Shown here one piece after another: positions 1 through 8,690 of a stretch of DNA of 63,967 nt (its first letter is position 1; every line of letters begins with the position of its first letter). A program made the position numbers and the translations under genes. Under the pieces are notes generated by a model that had not been told where the DNA came from, did no database searches, and saw nothing but the letters and a program-made list of their open reading frames with translations. Location of the stretch: positions 1-63,967 of the forward strand of contig JAYWIP010000231.1 in NCBI GenBank assembly GCA_039794465.1, given 5' to 3'. The DNA comes from Nitrospira sp. GTDB lineage: Bacteria; Nitrospirota; Nitrospiria; Nitrospirales; Nitrospiraceae.

Positions 1-157
1 GACGTCCCCCACCAAACAAACCAAATAAACCAAACGAACCCGCTTCCCACCCCATTCGCTGGAGAAAGCCCCGCCGGCAGCGCGGCTTTGCCACCAATAC
101 CCCCACGATGACGGGAGCGGCAATGAGCAGGCCGAGGTTATAGAGAAATTTCCACAT
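1..157 (-). CDS. waaA: Kdo transferase, N-terminal part (runs off window edge)
   Basis: Manual translation MWKFLYNLGLLIAAPVIVGVLVAKPRCRRGFLQRMG resembles the WaaA N-terminal anchor; follows lpxB-msbA-DUF374. Confidence 0.7.
   Translation of the reverse strand, partial: MWKFLYNLGLLIAAPVIVGVLVAKPRCRRGFLQRMGWEAGSFGLFGLFGGGR
11..40. repeat. 9-bp tandem repeat (accaaacaa/accaaataa/accaaacga) inside the waaA coding region
   Basis: Three units seen directly; encode GSF-GLF-GLF in frame. Confidence 0.75.
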
Positions 158-181
158 CGAATGCCCGTTGATCCTCAATCG

Positions 182-906
182 TCATGCGTCAATCGAGGAA
201 TTGCCCGAGCCGCCAGGCTTCGGCCCACGCTTGACGCTTGACGAATGACGAATCACTTCTTGCTCCGCCTGATCCGTCAAGCGATTGAGAACCGTCTCCA
301 GTTCCAGGCGGGCCGCTTCGAGCGCCCCGTCATCCGCCTCACGCGGAACCCAGAGCGGATCTCCGTAGAGGAACAGGCCCCGGGAGAACGGATACGGGAC
401 CATGTACCGGTCCCAGCTCGCAAAGAGTTTTTTTTTGAGCAGGCGAAGGCCAAGGGCACAATCGGAAGACCTGTCGCCTTGGCCAACTGAATGACGCCCA
501 GTTTGACGACGTGGCGGGGACCTTTGGGCCCGTCCGGCGTCACGACCACGTCCCGGCCTGACCGACCCAGCTTGATCAGCGCGCGCAGCGCGCCGGCACC
601 GCCGCGGGTGCTCGACCCCCGCACCGCGTCATGGCCGAATCGCGCGATGATGCGCGCAATGATTTCTCCGTCGCCATGTTGGCTGATCAGCACATGGGAA
701 CCCGTGCCGCGATACCCGATCGGGATCATCAGCTGCTGGGCATGCCAAAAGGCCAGAATGATGTGACGGCCTTCACGATACAACCCATCGACCGCCTCAT
801 GCCCGTGCGTCTCGCACCGCATCGACCGCGCGACCGTTCGAATCAGGCCTGCCGCCACCGGCGGCAACAGCGAGCATTTGACCCACTGCTGGACTCGTTT
901 CTTCAC
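182..906 (-). CDS. DUF374 lysophospholipid acyltransferase family protein, split by a -1 frameshift at an A9 run (T428-436 on + strand)
   Basis: ORF 277..933 has FWH, ISQHGDGE, VRGSSTRGG and TPDGPKGP motifs; the expected C-terminus (LFASWDRYMVPYPFSRG) is in the -1 frame (ORF 182..403); GTG start at 906 assumed. Confidence 0.85.
230..257. repeat. Degenerate heptamer array (cttgacg cttgacg aatgacg aatcact)
   Basis: Four 7-nt units seen directly. Confidence 0.55.
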
Positions 907-919
907 ACTCGTTCTCTTG

Positions 920-940
920 TCAGCACTCAGCACTCAGCAC
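920..940. repeat. Heptamer array (cagcact)x3
   Basis: cagcact cagcact cagcacc between msbA and the DUF374 gene. Confidence 0.65.
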
Positions 941-955
941 CCATCCCTACGAGGG

Positions 956-2701
956 TCACACACCTGTCACATCCTGAAATTGCAACGCGTGCAACCGATG
1001 GTACACCCCGCCACGCCGCAGTAATTCCTCGTGCGATCCCGTTTCGACGATGGCACCCCGGTCCAACACGACGATACGATCCGCATGTTGAATCGTAGAG
1101 AGGCGATGGGCGATCACCAGCGCCGTCCGATTCTTCAATAAGTTCGCCAACGCCAGTTGCACGATCCGTTCCGACTCCGAATCCAAGGCCGACGTGGCCT
1201 CATCCAAAATCAGCAACGGGGGGTCACGAAGAATAGCCCGCGCGATGGCCAACCGTTGGCGTTCACCTCCCGACAACTTGAGTCCGCGCTCTCCGATGAC
1301 CGATTCATACCCCTGCGGGAGACGGAGGATGAAGTCATGGGCATACGCCATTTTTGCGGCTCGTTCAACTTCGGCTTGCGTCGCACCAGTCCGTCCAAAC
1401 GCGATGTTGCGCTGTATGGTATCGTCAAACAAGACCACCTCTTGCGAAACGATTCCAATGTGTGCACGCAATGAGTGCAGCTGGTACGAGGGCAGCGGAA
1501 ATCCGTCGATGAGAATGCGTCCGGCTGTCGGCTCATAGAACCGCGGCAACAAGCTCACCAAGGAGGTTTTTCCGCTCCCACTGCTCCCGACCAGCGCAAT
1601 CACTTCCCCCGGCTTGATCACGAGATCAATATCGGTCAGGGCGGGAATCGTGTGGTTCTCGTAGCACAATGCCACCCCCTTAAATTCAATGGCCTGTTTG
1701 ATGCCTGCCAGGGGAACCGTGCCATGATCGTGAGACTGTTCCGTTTTTAAGTCCAACACGTCAAATACGCGTTCCGCTGCCGCCAGCGCCTGCTGAATCA
1801 AATTGTTCGATCCTGACAATTTCCGAACCGGCGTATAGGCCAATAACATCGCCGCCATGAACGAAAAAAAGGCGCCGGGGGTCATCGTCCCGTTGATCAC
1901 AAGATAGCCGCCATACCAAATGAGGGTGGCGACGCTGATCACCCCGATGATTTCCATATAGGAATGGCCGATCGACCAGACATGATTGGATTTCAACGTC
2001 GTGGAGAGATATGCCCGGTTCCGCTCCCTGAATCGCTCCCCTTCCGCATCTTCACGACCGAATGCTTTCACCACTCTGATGCTGGCAAAGGTTTCTTGCA
2101 ACGTCGACGACATGTCACCCATCTGCTCCTGCCCGCTCGCTGCTAATTTTTTCAACCGCTTTCCCACTCGCACCATCGTCAGGCCGGCAAGCGGAAGCAC
2201 GATGAGCGAGAGGCCGGCCAGTCTCCAATCCTGATAGAGAATGACCCCGACCATGGCAAGAAACGTGAGGACATTTTGAAAAATGTCTTTCACGACACTT
2301 GAGGCCGCATTCGCCATCAATCCGACGTCGTTGACCACTCGGGAGACCAAGCGTCCCGAGGTATTGGAGTCATGAAACCCGATCGGCAGCCACATGAATC
2401 GCTGAAACAGCTCTTGGCGGATATCAGCCACCACTCGATTCCCGACATAAGCCATGAGATAACCGACCCCATAGCTGAACACCGCCTTCACTGCTGCAAC
2501 CCCCAACAGAGCCAAGGGCAGTACCAGCAGCAATCGTTCATTTTTTTCGATAAAGATGCCGTCCAGCACGGGACGGGCGAGCCAGGCATACACACCGGTC
2601 GAGAGCGCCACGAGGCCTGAGCAGGCAAGGCCTCCCACAAATCTCGTCCGATAAGGACGGACATACTGCATGAGCCGTTTGAATCGATCTATGCCTGACA
2701 T
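956..2701 (-). CDS. msbA: Lipid A export ABC transporter permease/ATPase
   Basis: 6-TM domain, Walker A GSSGSGKT, LSGGERQR, LILDEATSALD; located in the lipid A cluster. Confidence 0.92.
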   Translation of the reverse strand: MSGIDRFKRLMQYVRPYRTRFVGGLACSGLVALSTGVYAWLARPVLDGIFIEKNERLLLVLPLALLGVAAVKAVFSYGVGYLMAYVGNRVVADIRQELFQRFMWLPIGFHDSNTSGRLVSRVVNDVGLMANAASSVVKDIFQNVLTFLAMVGVILYQDWRLAGLSLIVLPLAGLTMVRVGKRLKKLAASGQEQMGDMSSTLQETFASIRVVKAFGREDAEGERFRERNRAYLSTTLKSNHVWSIGHSYMEIIGVISVATLIWYGGYLVINGTMTPGAFFSFMAAMLLAYTPVRKLSGSNNLIQQALAAAERVFDVLDLKTEQSHDHGTVPLAGIKQAIEFKGVALCYENHTIPALTDIDLVIKPGEVIALVGSSGSGKTSLVSLLPRFYEPTAGRILIDGFPLPSYQLHSLRAHIGIVSQEVVLFDDTIQRNIAFGRTGATQAEVERAAKMAYAHDFILRLPQGYESVIGERGLKLSGGERQRLAIARAILRDPPLLILDEATSALDSESERIVQLALANLLKNRTALVIAHRLSTIQHADRIVVLDRGAIVETGSHEELLRRGGVYHRLHALQFQDVTGV

Positions 2702-3831
2702 GCCGCCAACACCACCTCCGCGGCTCTGAGCGACGCGCCCGGCTCACCCAGAGCAGCCCGCACGGTCGCCAAGTCTCGTTTCATCGCATCATACGCCGCT
2801 CGATCTTCTAAGAGCCGGACCGCTTCTTCACACAGTCGTTCCGCGGTCGCGGCGGACTGGACCAGCTCAGGCACCACCGTCCGCTCTGCCACCAGATTCA
2901 CCAACCCGATCCATTTCACTCGAACCACGAACCGCAGCACAACGCTCGCGGCCCAATACGTCAGCGCCGTCGTTCGATAACATAAGACCATCGGCGTGCC
3001 CACCACCGCGGCTTGCAGAGTTGCCGTGCCGGAAGCAACCAACACCAGGTCGGACACCGCCATGACCTCGTTGGCCTGCTCCTTCACCACCGTAATGGGA
3101 ACGGCGCTTCTCTTCAAGAGAGGCAGTAACAGATTATCGTGAATGGTGGAAGCTTGTGCCAGGATAAACTTTGTTTTGGGGTCCCGGCGTGTCAGCATCT
3201 CCGCCGTCTCGAGGAGAATCGGGAGCAGCACCTGCACCTCGTGGGCACGACTTCCCGGCAATAACGCGATGACACGCTCATGATCGGCAAACCCAAACCT
3301 GGTGCGAAGTGCTGTCCAATCATAGTGTGGCGCAACCGCATCCAAGATCGGATGCCCGACAAAGGTACAGGGCACCCCCGCGTCGTCGTACAGGGGCTTC
3401 TCAAACGGAAGGATAACCACCACATGGTCGACCCGTTGCCTGATCCACCGCATCCGCCAGGGTGCCCAGGCCCAGATCTGCGGGGCAATATAATAGATCA
3501 CGCGAAGGCCGGCCGCCTTGGCAAAATAGGCGAATCGGAGGTTGAGTCCCGGATGGTCGATAAACACCACGGTATCCCACCGTTTCGACCGAAAGAGCCG
3601 CCGCATCGTGACAAATCGTCGGAGGATCTGGATCAACGCCAACGGACCGACCATGCCGATGACATCAAATTTTCCCATCTCCTCTATCAACTCTACCCCG
3701 GCCGTTTTCATCGCCCGGCCACCGATGCCGGACAATAAGACGTGAGGATCACGTGCTTTCAACGCCTTGGCAAGATTTGCCCCATGGAGGTCCCCTGAGG
3801 CTTCACCCGTCACGATCAAAATACGCGCCAC
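2689..3831 (-). CDS. lpxB: Lipid-A-disaccharide synthase
   Basis: GEASGDLHGA, YYIAPQIWAW, FVGHP, LLPGSR, SGTATL motifs. Confidence 0.96.
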   Translation of the reverse strand: MARILIVTGEASGDLHGANLAKALKARDPHVLLSGIGGRAMKTAGVELIEEMGKFDVIGMVGPLALIQILRRFVTMRRLFRSKRWDTVVFIDHPGLNLRFAYFAKAAGLRVIYYIAPQIWAWAPWRMRWIRQRVDHVVVILPFEKPLYDDAGVPCTFVGHPILDAVAPHYDWTALRTRFGFADHERVIALLPGSRAHEVQVLLPILLETAEMLTRRDPKTKFILAQASTIHDNLLLPLLKRSAVPITVVKEQANEVMAVSDLVLVASGTATLQAAVVGTPMVLCYRTTALTYWAASVVLRFVVRVKWIGLVNLVAERTVVPELVQSAATAERLCEEAVRLLEDRAAYDAMKRDLATVRAALGEPGASLRAAEVVLAACQA

Positions 3832-3906
3832 GATGGCCTCTAGGACATGGGCGATGAATGGTGATTGAGGAGACCCAACGGAAAGAACCTGGGCCGACCG
3901 ATTCCG

Positions 3907-4866
3907 TCAAGGATACTCAGGTCGTTTCTCCTCCCCGGATACTTTCATTGCGGACAGCACGCGATGAGCAAGTTTCAATGCCGCTGCGCCATCTTCACCG
4001 GCAATGATGGGGCGAGATGCCGACCGAACTGCAGACAGAAACGATTCCAACTGGGACCTCAGCGGCTCGCCGTCACCGGCTTGGATTTCCTCAGCGACCG
4101 CCATCGCCTGCGCGGCCGGTTCCGCAGCCCGACGTCCGATGACCCCCTGGCGACTCTGAAAGTCGATGGACACCGAACCATCTTTTTGAAACACGCGCCA
4201 CTGCCGCATAGCCTTTGGGGAGATTCGACTGGCGGTGAGGTTGGCGACACAGCCCCCTTCGAATTGGATCCTTGCGTTGGCCATATCATGCGTGGGTGAC
4301 AATACCGATGCGCCCACCGCTTGCACATGGATCACAGCGCCGAGATGACAAGACAACAGCAAGTCCAGATCGTGAATCATCAAATCCAGCACGACATCGA
4401 CATCGGTCCCGCGAGCGCTGTACATCCCCAGCCGCTGCCCCTCGATCAGCACTGGACGGTGAATGAATGGCCACATCGCCGGCACGATTGGATTGAACCG
4501 TTCACTATGGCCGACTTGCAGGGTGCACCCTTTGGTTTTGGCAAGATCGACGAGTTCCTCCGCTTCGGCGGGCAAGACCGCGATCGGCTTCTCGACCAAC
4601 ACGTGCTTGCCAGCTTCCAGACAAGCCTTGGCCACGGCATAGTGCGACGACGTTGGGACGGCCACACTGACGACCTCAACCGTCTTCAATAAATCTTGCA
4701 CCCGCTCGAATGTCTGCGCTCTGTGCCGTTCAGCAATCGTCCGCGCGCGACCCAGATCCTGATCGGTCACACCAACCAATGTCGAATCCGGGAGCTCCGC
4801 ATAGAGCCTCGCGTGGTGCTGCCCCAGATGGCCGACACCGATGACTCCGGCACGAAGTGTTGTCAT
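3907..4866 (-). CDS. Gfo/Idh/MocA oxidoreductase, GnnA-like UDP-GlcNAc 3-dehydrogenase
   Basis: GVGHLGQHH, EKP, GHSERFNP, DVVLDLMIHDLD, ASRIS; sits between lpxI and lpxB. Confidence 0.8.
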   Translation of the reverse strand: MTTLRAGVIGVGHLGQHHARLYAELPDSTLVGVTDQDLGRARTIAERHRAQTFERVQDLLKTVEVVSVAVPTSSHYAVAKACLEAGKHVLVEKPIAVLPAEAEELVDLAKTKGCTLQVGHSERFNPIVPAMWPFIHRPVLIEGQRLGMYSARGTDVDVVLDLMIHDLDLLLSCHLGAVIHVQAVGASVLSPTHDMANARIQFEGGCVANLTASRISPKAMRQWRVFQKDGSVSIDFQSRQGVIGRRAAEPAAQAMAVAEEIQAGDGEPLRSQLESFLSAVRSASRPIIAGEDGAAALKLAHRVLSAMKVSGEEKRPEYP

Positions 4867-4923
4867 GCTCGTCTACACTGGTAGGAGTTGCAAGTGACAC
4901 GTTTCAAGGTCCAGGTGTCATGA

Positions 4924-4975
4924 TGAAACGAGACACCTGAAACACAACACTCGAAACATGAAACGTTCGACTCGG
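4924..4975. repeat. Degenerate heptamer array (tgaaac-type units) in intergenic DNA
   Basis: tgaaacg agacacc tgaaaca caacact cgaaaca tgaaacg; complementary gtttca upstream at 4901-4906. Confidence 0.5.
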
Positions 4976-4981
4976 TTTGCG

Positions 4982-5848
4982 TCACGCGTCACGTTGCATG
5001 CTGTCCGCCGCGATTCCGATGACCGCAATCCCCGCTCGCTCAGCTTGGCTCACGAGTTCATCCCGATCCAATATGACGGTGCGGCCTGCCTCCACCGCCA
5101 ACACGCTCGCCTTGACCGACGCCATGACGTCGATCGTTCGAGGCCCGACAGCGGGCAAATCAAAGCGCATATCCTGCTGCGGCTTGCTCCGCTTGACAAC
5201 CACCGCACCTTCCTTGGCCAGTTCGCCACCTCGTTTGATCGCGCCATCAGTGCCTTCCACCGCCTCCACCGCCACGATCACCCGATCTTTGACCACCACA
5301 CATTGTCCGATATCGAGACGCCCGGTCTCCCGCGCAATGTCCCAGCCGTACCGGATATCGGCCCATTCTTTCTTGGACGGCTGCCGCGATGTCAGCGGCC
5401 CCTCCTCCACGAGAATCCCTTTAAGGCCGAACGTCGATTCGCAGATGATGATCCCTTCCCGTTCGAGTTCAGCCGCGATTTCACGAAGAATATCGTCGTC
5501 CTTCCACAACGCAATGCGGGCCGCCAACGCCAGGGCGCGAAAATCCGGCCGCACCGTGCTGTAGACATGGGTCTTCTTGATGCCGCCCAGCATCACCACC
5601 TGCCGGACCCCATCGCCCTTGAATGCGTTGATCAGCTTGTTGAGTTGCCCGATCCTGATCCAGTGAATCCGGTCAACGTGGCGTTCGAGTTCCGGATCCG
5701 TTTCTCCCTCGTGCGCCACCGCGGACACGTACAACCCCAACTTGCGTGCGTTATCCGCGAAAATGATCGGAAACCGCCCGTTGCCGGCGATCAAGCCGAT
5801 GCGCCCCTCCGCTATAGGCATGGCTGGAGTCATCGTGGCTGCCATCAT
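4982..5848 (-). CDS. lpxI: UDP-2,3-diacylglucosamine diphosphatase LpxI
   Basis: GLIAGNGRFP, DIGQCVVV, AVEAVEGTD, KPQQDMRFDLPAVG. Confidence 0.93.
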   Translation of the reverse strand: MMAATMTPAMPIAEGRIGLIAGNGRFPIIFADNARKLGLYVSAVAHEGETDPELERHVDRIHWIRIGQLNKLINAFKGDGVRQVVMLGGIKKTHVYSTVRPDFRALALAARIALWKDDDILREIAAELEREGIIICESTFGLKGILVEEGPLTSRQPSKKEWADIRYGWDIARETGRLDIGQCVVVKDRVIVAVEAVEGTDGAIKRGGELAKEGAVVVKRSKPQQDMRFDLPAVGPRTIDVMASVKASVLAVEAGRTVILDRDELVSQAERAGIAVIGIAADSMQRDA

Positions 5849-6663
5849 AGCTGGTGATCGGCCTCACGCTCGAGATCGTGGTGGACCGCCCGCGAGATCC
5901 CACGTTTGGTCCCCTCCATAAACGTGATAATCTTCGCAACATCCTCCTGCCCTTTGAACTCCTTTTGGGCCAGTTTGATGGCCTCCGCCGTCCGATGGCC
6001 TGCACGAAAGAGAAGATCGAAGGCTTTCCTGAGTAGAGCAATGCGGTCCGAGGAAAAACCATGACGTTGCAACCCGACCGTGTTCAGACCGTAGAGATGG
6101 GCCCGATACCCGCCGGCGGCAAACGTAAACGGCGGGATATCCTGGCCGATCGCACAACACCCGCCGACCATCACATAGTCTCCGACTCGCACAAACTGAA
6201 GAATGCCGGTTAACCCTCCGATAACGGAATGATCTCCGATCGTAATGTGTCCGGCCAAGCTCGCCGCGTTTGCCATAATGATATGGTTCCCGAGCCGGCA
6301 ATCGTGCGCCACGTGCACATAGGCCATCAAGATGCCCTTGGACCCAAGAGAGGTCACCCCGCCGCCTTGTACCGTCCCGCGATTGATGGTGACATATTCA
6401 CGAATCACGTTGTCGTCGCCGAGCACGACTTTCGTGGGCTCTCCACGATAGCCGAGGTGCTGCGGCGGCCCCCCGATAGAGGCAAAGGGATGCACCTCAT
6501 TGCGCTCGCCGACCTCGGTCCATCCGTCGATAGAGACATGGGATAACAACCGGGTCCCCTTCCCGATCGTGACGTGCTCGCCGACGACGCAGAACGGCCC
6601 CACTTCCACATCATCGTCAAGTTTCGCCTTGGGATGGATAATCGCTGATGGATGTATCTTCAC
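5845..6663 (-). CDS. lpxA: Acyl-ACP--UDP-GlcNAc O-acyltransferase
   Basis: IHPSAIIHP hexapeptide repeats, IREYVTINRGT, HVAHDC; GTG start at 6663 after a G-rich SD. Confidence 0.96.
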   Translation of the reverse strand: MKIHPSAIIHPKAKLDDDVEVGPFCVVGEHVTIGKGTRLLSHVSIDGWTEVGERNEVHPFASIGGPPQHLGYRGEPTKVVLGDDNVIREYVTINRGTVQGGGVTSLGSKGILMAYVHVAHDCRLGNHIIMANAASLAGHITIGDHSVIGGLTGILQFVRVGDYVMVGGCCAIGQDIPPFTFAAGGYRAHLYGLNTVGLQRHGFSSDRIALLRKAFDLLFRAGHRTAEAIKLAQKEFKGQEDVAKIITFMEGTKRGISRAVHHDLEREADHQL

Positions 6664-6788
6664 GCTGCCCCCTTTACTAGCGTCACCGCTCACCGGTCCT
6701 TTTTACCGGTCATGGGTTCATCACCACATCACTGTCAGGCTGACATCTTTATCGTCCGCTTCAGCGAACGAGCACCGATCAGTACCAT

Positions 6789-7250
6789 CTACCGTGTTTC
6801 CGTTTTCTCTTCCATCACCATCGCCGTTACCACGGCTTCACAGGCGATTTCGTTGTCCACATAGGCCTTCCCTTGCATTTTCCAGAACGGTGGACGCGTC
6901 TTGAGGACTTCGATCTCAAAACGGAGTTGATCGCCGGGCACCACGGGTCGGCGGAACTTTGCCTCTTCGATACCCGCCAGATACATGATGGTTTTCCCGA
7001 CCGTCCCTCCGGACTTGAACACCAGGACGCCGCCGGCCTGGGCCATCGCTTCGACAATCAACACTCCGGGCATCACCGGGCGCCCGGGAAAATGTCCTTG
7101 GAAAAATGGCTCGTTGATCGTGACATTCTTGATCGCGGTAAGCCTCTTGCCGGGCTCAAACTCTTTCACCCGATCCACCAGCAAGAAGGGATACCGGTGA
7201 GGAAGTAATGCCTGAATCTCCTGAATTTCTACCTGCTCGACCTTCGCCAT
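6789..7250 (-). CDS. fabZ: 3-hydroxyacyl-ACP dehydratase
   Basis: [34 protein letters not shown]. Confidence 0.97.
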   Translation of the reverse strand: MAKVEQVEIQEIQALLPHRYPFLLVDRVKEFEPGKRLTAIKNVTINEPFFQGHFPGRPVMPGVLIVEAMAQAGGVLVFKSGGTVGKTIMYLAGIEEAKFRRPVVPGDQLRFEIEVLKTRPPFWKMQGKAYVDNEIACEAVVTAMVMEEKTETR

Positions 7251-7288
7251 TCGTGCCGCCTCCTCTCCGCTTCAATTGACTCGCCATC

Positions 7289-7828
7289 TCAGTTCTGCTG
7301 CCGATCGAATTCCTTCACGACCAAGTCCGTCACATCCAGTGCCGGCTGGTGGTAGAGCACGATGCGGAACATCGACTCATTCCCTTTGTCAAGGACGGCA
7401 ACAAACCCCTCCCTTTGTGCCACCGCTTGAGCGGCATCCGCGATCTTCTTCGAGTACTCCGCGGCCATCTCGCGTTGCTTCTGCTGGATCTCACGGTTGA
7501 AGTCTTGCAGCCGCCGCTGATAGGCCTCGACTTTGGATCGAAACTGTTCCTGCTTCTCTTGTTTGGCCGCTTCGCTGAGCTTGCTATTCGGATCCTGAAT
7601 GGCCTGCTCGAGCTCTTTCAGCTCCTGCTCGTCGGCCGTGATGATCTTCTGCCTGGTCGCCTGATAGGTCTTGACCTCCTCAAGTGCCGCCTTGCCTACT
7701 TTGGACCGTTCGATCACGGCCTGTTGGTCCATCACGGCAATCTTGATCGCATCGGACGCGTTTACTGATGCCGCCCAGCATGCCAAGAGGACACCGCCCA
7801 CAGCCGTCACGATTCCTACACGTCTCAT
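7289..7828 (-). CDS. skp: OmpH/Skp periplasmic chaperone
   Basis: Signal peptide, KIAVMDQQAVI, coiled coil, C-terminal LDVTDLVVKEF. Confidence 0.88.
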   Translation of the reverse strand: MRRVGIVTAVGGVLLACWAASVNASDAIKIAVMDQQAVIERSKVGKAALEEVKTYQATRQKIITADEQELKELEQAIQDPNSKLSEAAKQEKQEQFRSKVEAYQRRLQDFNREIQQKQREMAAEYSKKIADAAQAVAQREGFVAVLDKGNESMFRIVLYHQPALDVTDLVVKEFDRQQN

Positions 7829-7845
7829 GTCAACCCTCCACTGCC

Positions 7846-8412
7846 CTACGGATGCTCTCGATTGAATTCCTCAATCACCTGACTCGTCAGGTCCAGCCCC
7901 TCCTCACTATAGAACGTGGGGCCGCCTTTGCCTTTCTCAATGACCACCTGCAATCCGAGGCGCTTGGCCACCTTTCCGACTACGCCATCCACCTTCACCC
8001 GAAAACCTTCCGACACCTCACGCCCCTTTTCTTGGATCTCCCGATTCAATTCCATACTCTTCTGCTGATACTCCTCGAAGCGCTGCTGTAGTTGCTGTTT
8101 GCGTCGCAGAATCCCGTCGGGCTGGAAGGACCGGGACTCTTCAAACCGCTTCAGGTCCTCTTGCATGCGTTGCAACTCCCTTGCATCAGCCTCAAGCAAC
8201 GCCTGCCGGTTTTTCTGGTGGGCACTCAACGTCTCTTTCAGCTTCTTGCCCAGGTTCGATTCGTTCCACACGCGCGAGGAGTCAACAAGCCCCATTTTGC
8301 CTTCGATCTTGTGCCCGTCGACCTTCAACCCACTTGGCGTACAGCCCACGGTCAAGAGACCGGCCATGGCCATGGCGAAGAGGATCGGAGCCTGTTGACG
8401 GCCTATCGGCAT
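7846..8412 (-). CDS. Second OmpH/Skp-family protein with putative lipobox
   Basis: KMGLVDSSRV, coiled coil, LDLTSQVIEEFN; LLTVG-C lipobox; start uncertain (ORF extends to 8496). Confidence 0.8.
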   Translation of the reverse strand: MPIGRQQAPILFAMAMAGLLTVGCTPSGLKVDGHKIEGKMGLVDSSRVWNESNLGKKLKETLSAHQKNRQALLEADARELQRMQEDLKRFEESRSFQPDGILRRKQQLQQRFEEYQQKSMELNREIQEKGREVSEGFRVKVDGVVGKVAKRLGLQVVIEKGKGGPTFYSEEGLDLTSQVIEEFNREHP

Positions 8413-8690
8413 ACGAACCAGATCGTACGCTCGTTTAGCCACAGCGACAATCACACACCGGATGATACGAGGAAACTCGTTTAGGGAACGTGTCACAAGC
8501 CAACTTTCAGGATGACAGAGAAGCCGCCCCTCGCGCCGTCCAGGAGGGATACCCCTTTGAATAATTTGTGCATTTTGCCAGAACGCGCGCAGGAAGGATA
8601 GTCCTCCGTGATGAATGTGAGCGGCATTGCGGAGTATCCTGACATCACGCTCTGTTTTCAGATCCTCACGGCTTCAGCACGGGCATCAAT

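Noticed and set aside
182-403. 73-aa ORF as an independent gene
   Set aside because: It is the -1-frame C-terminus of the DUF374 gene
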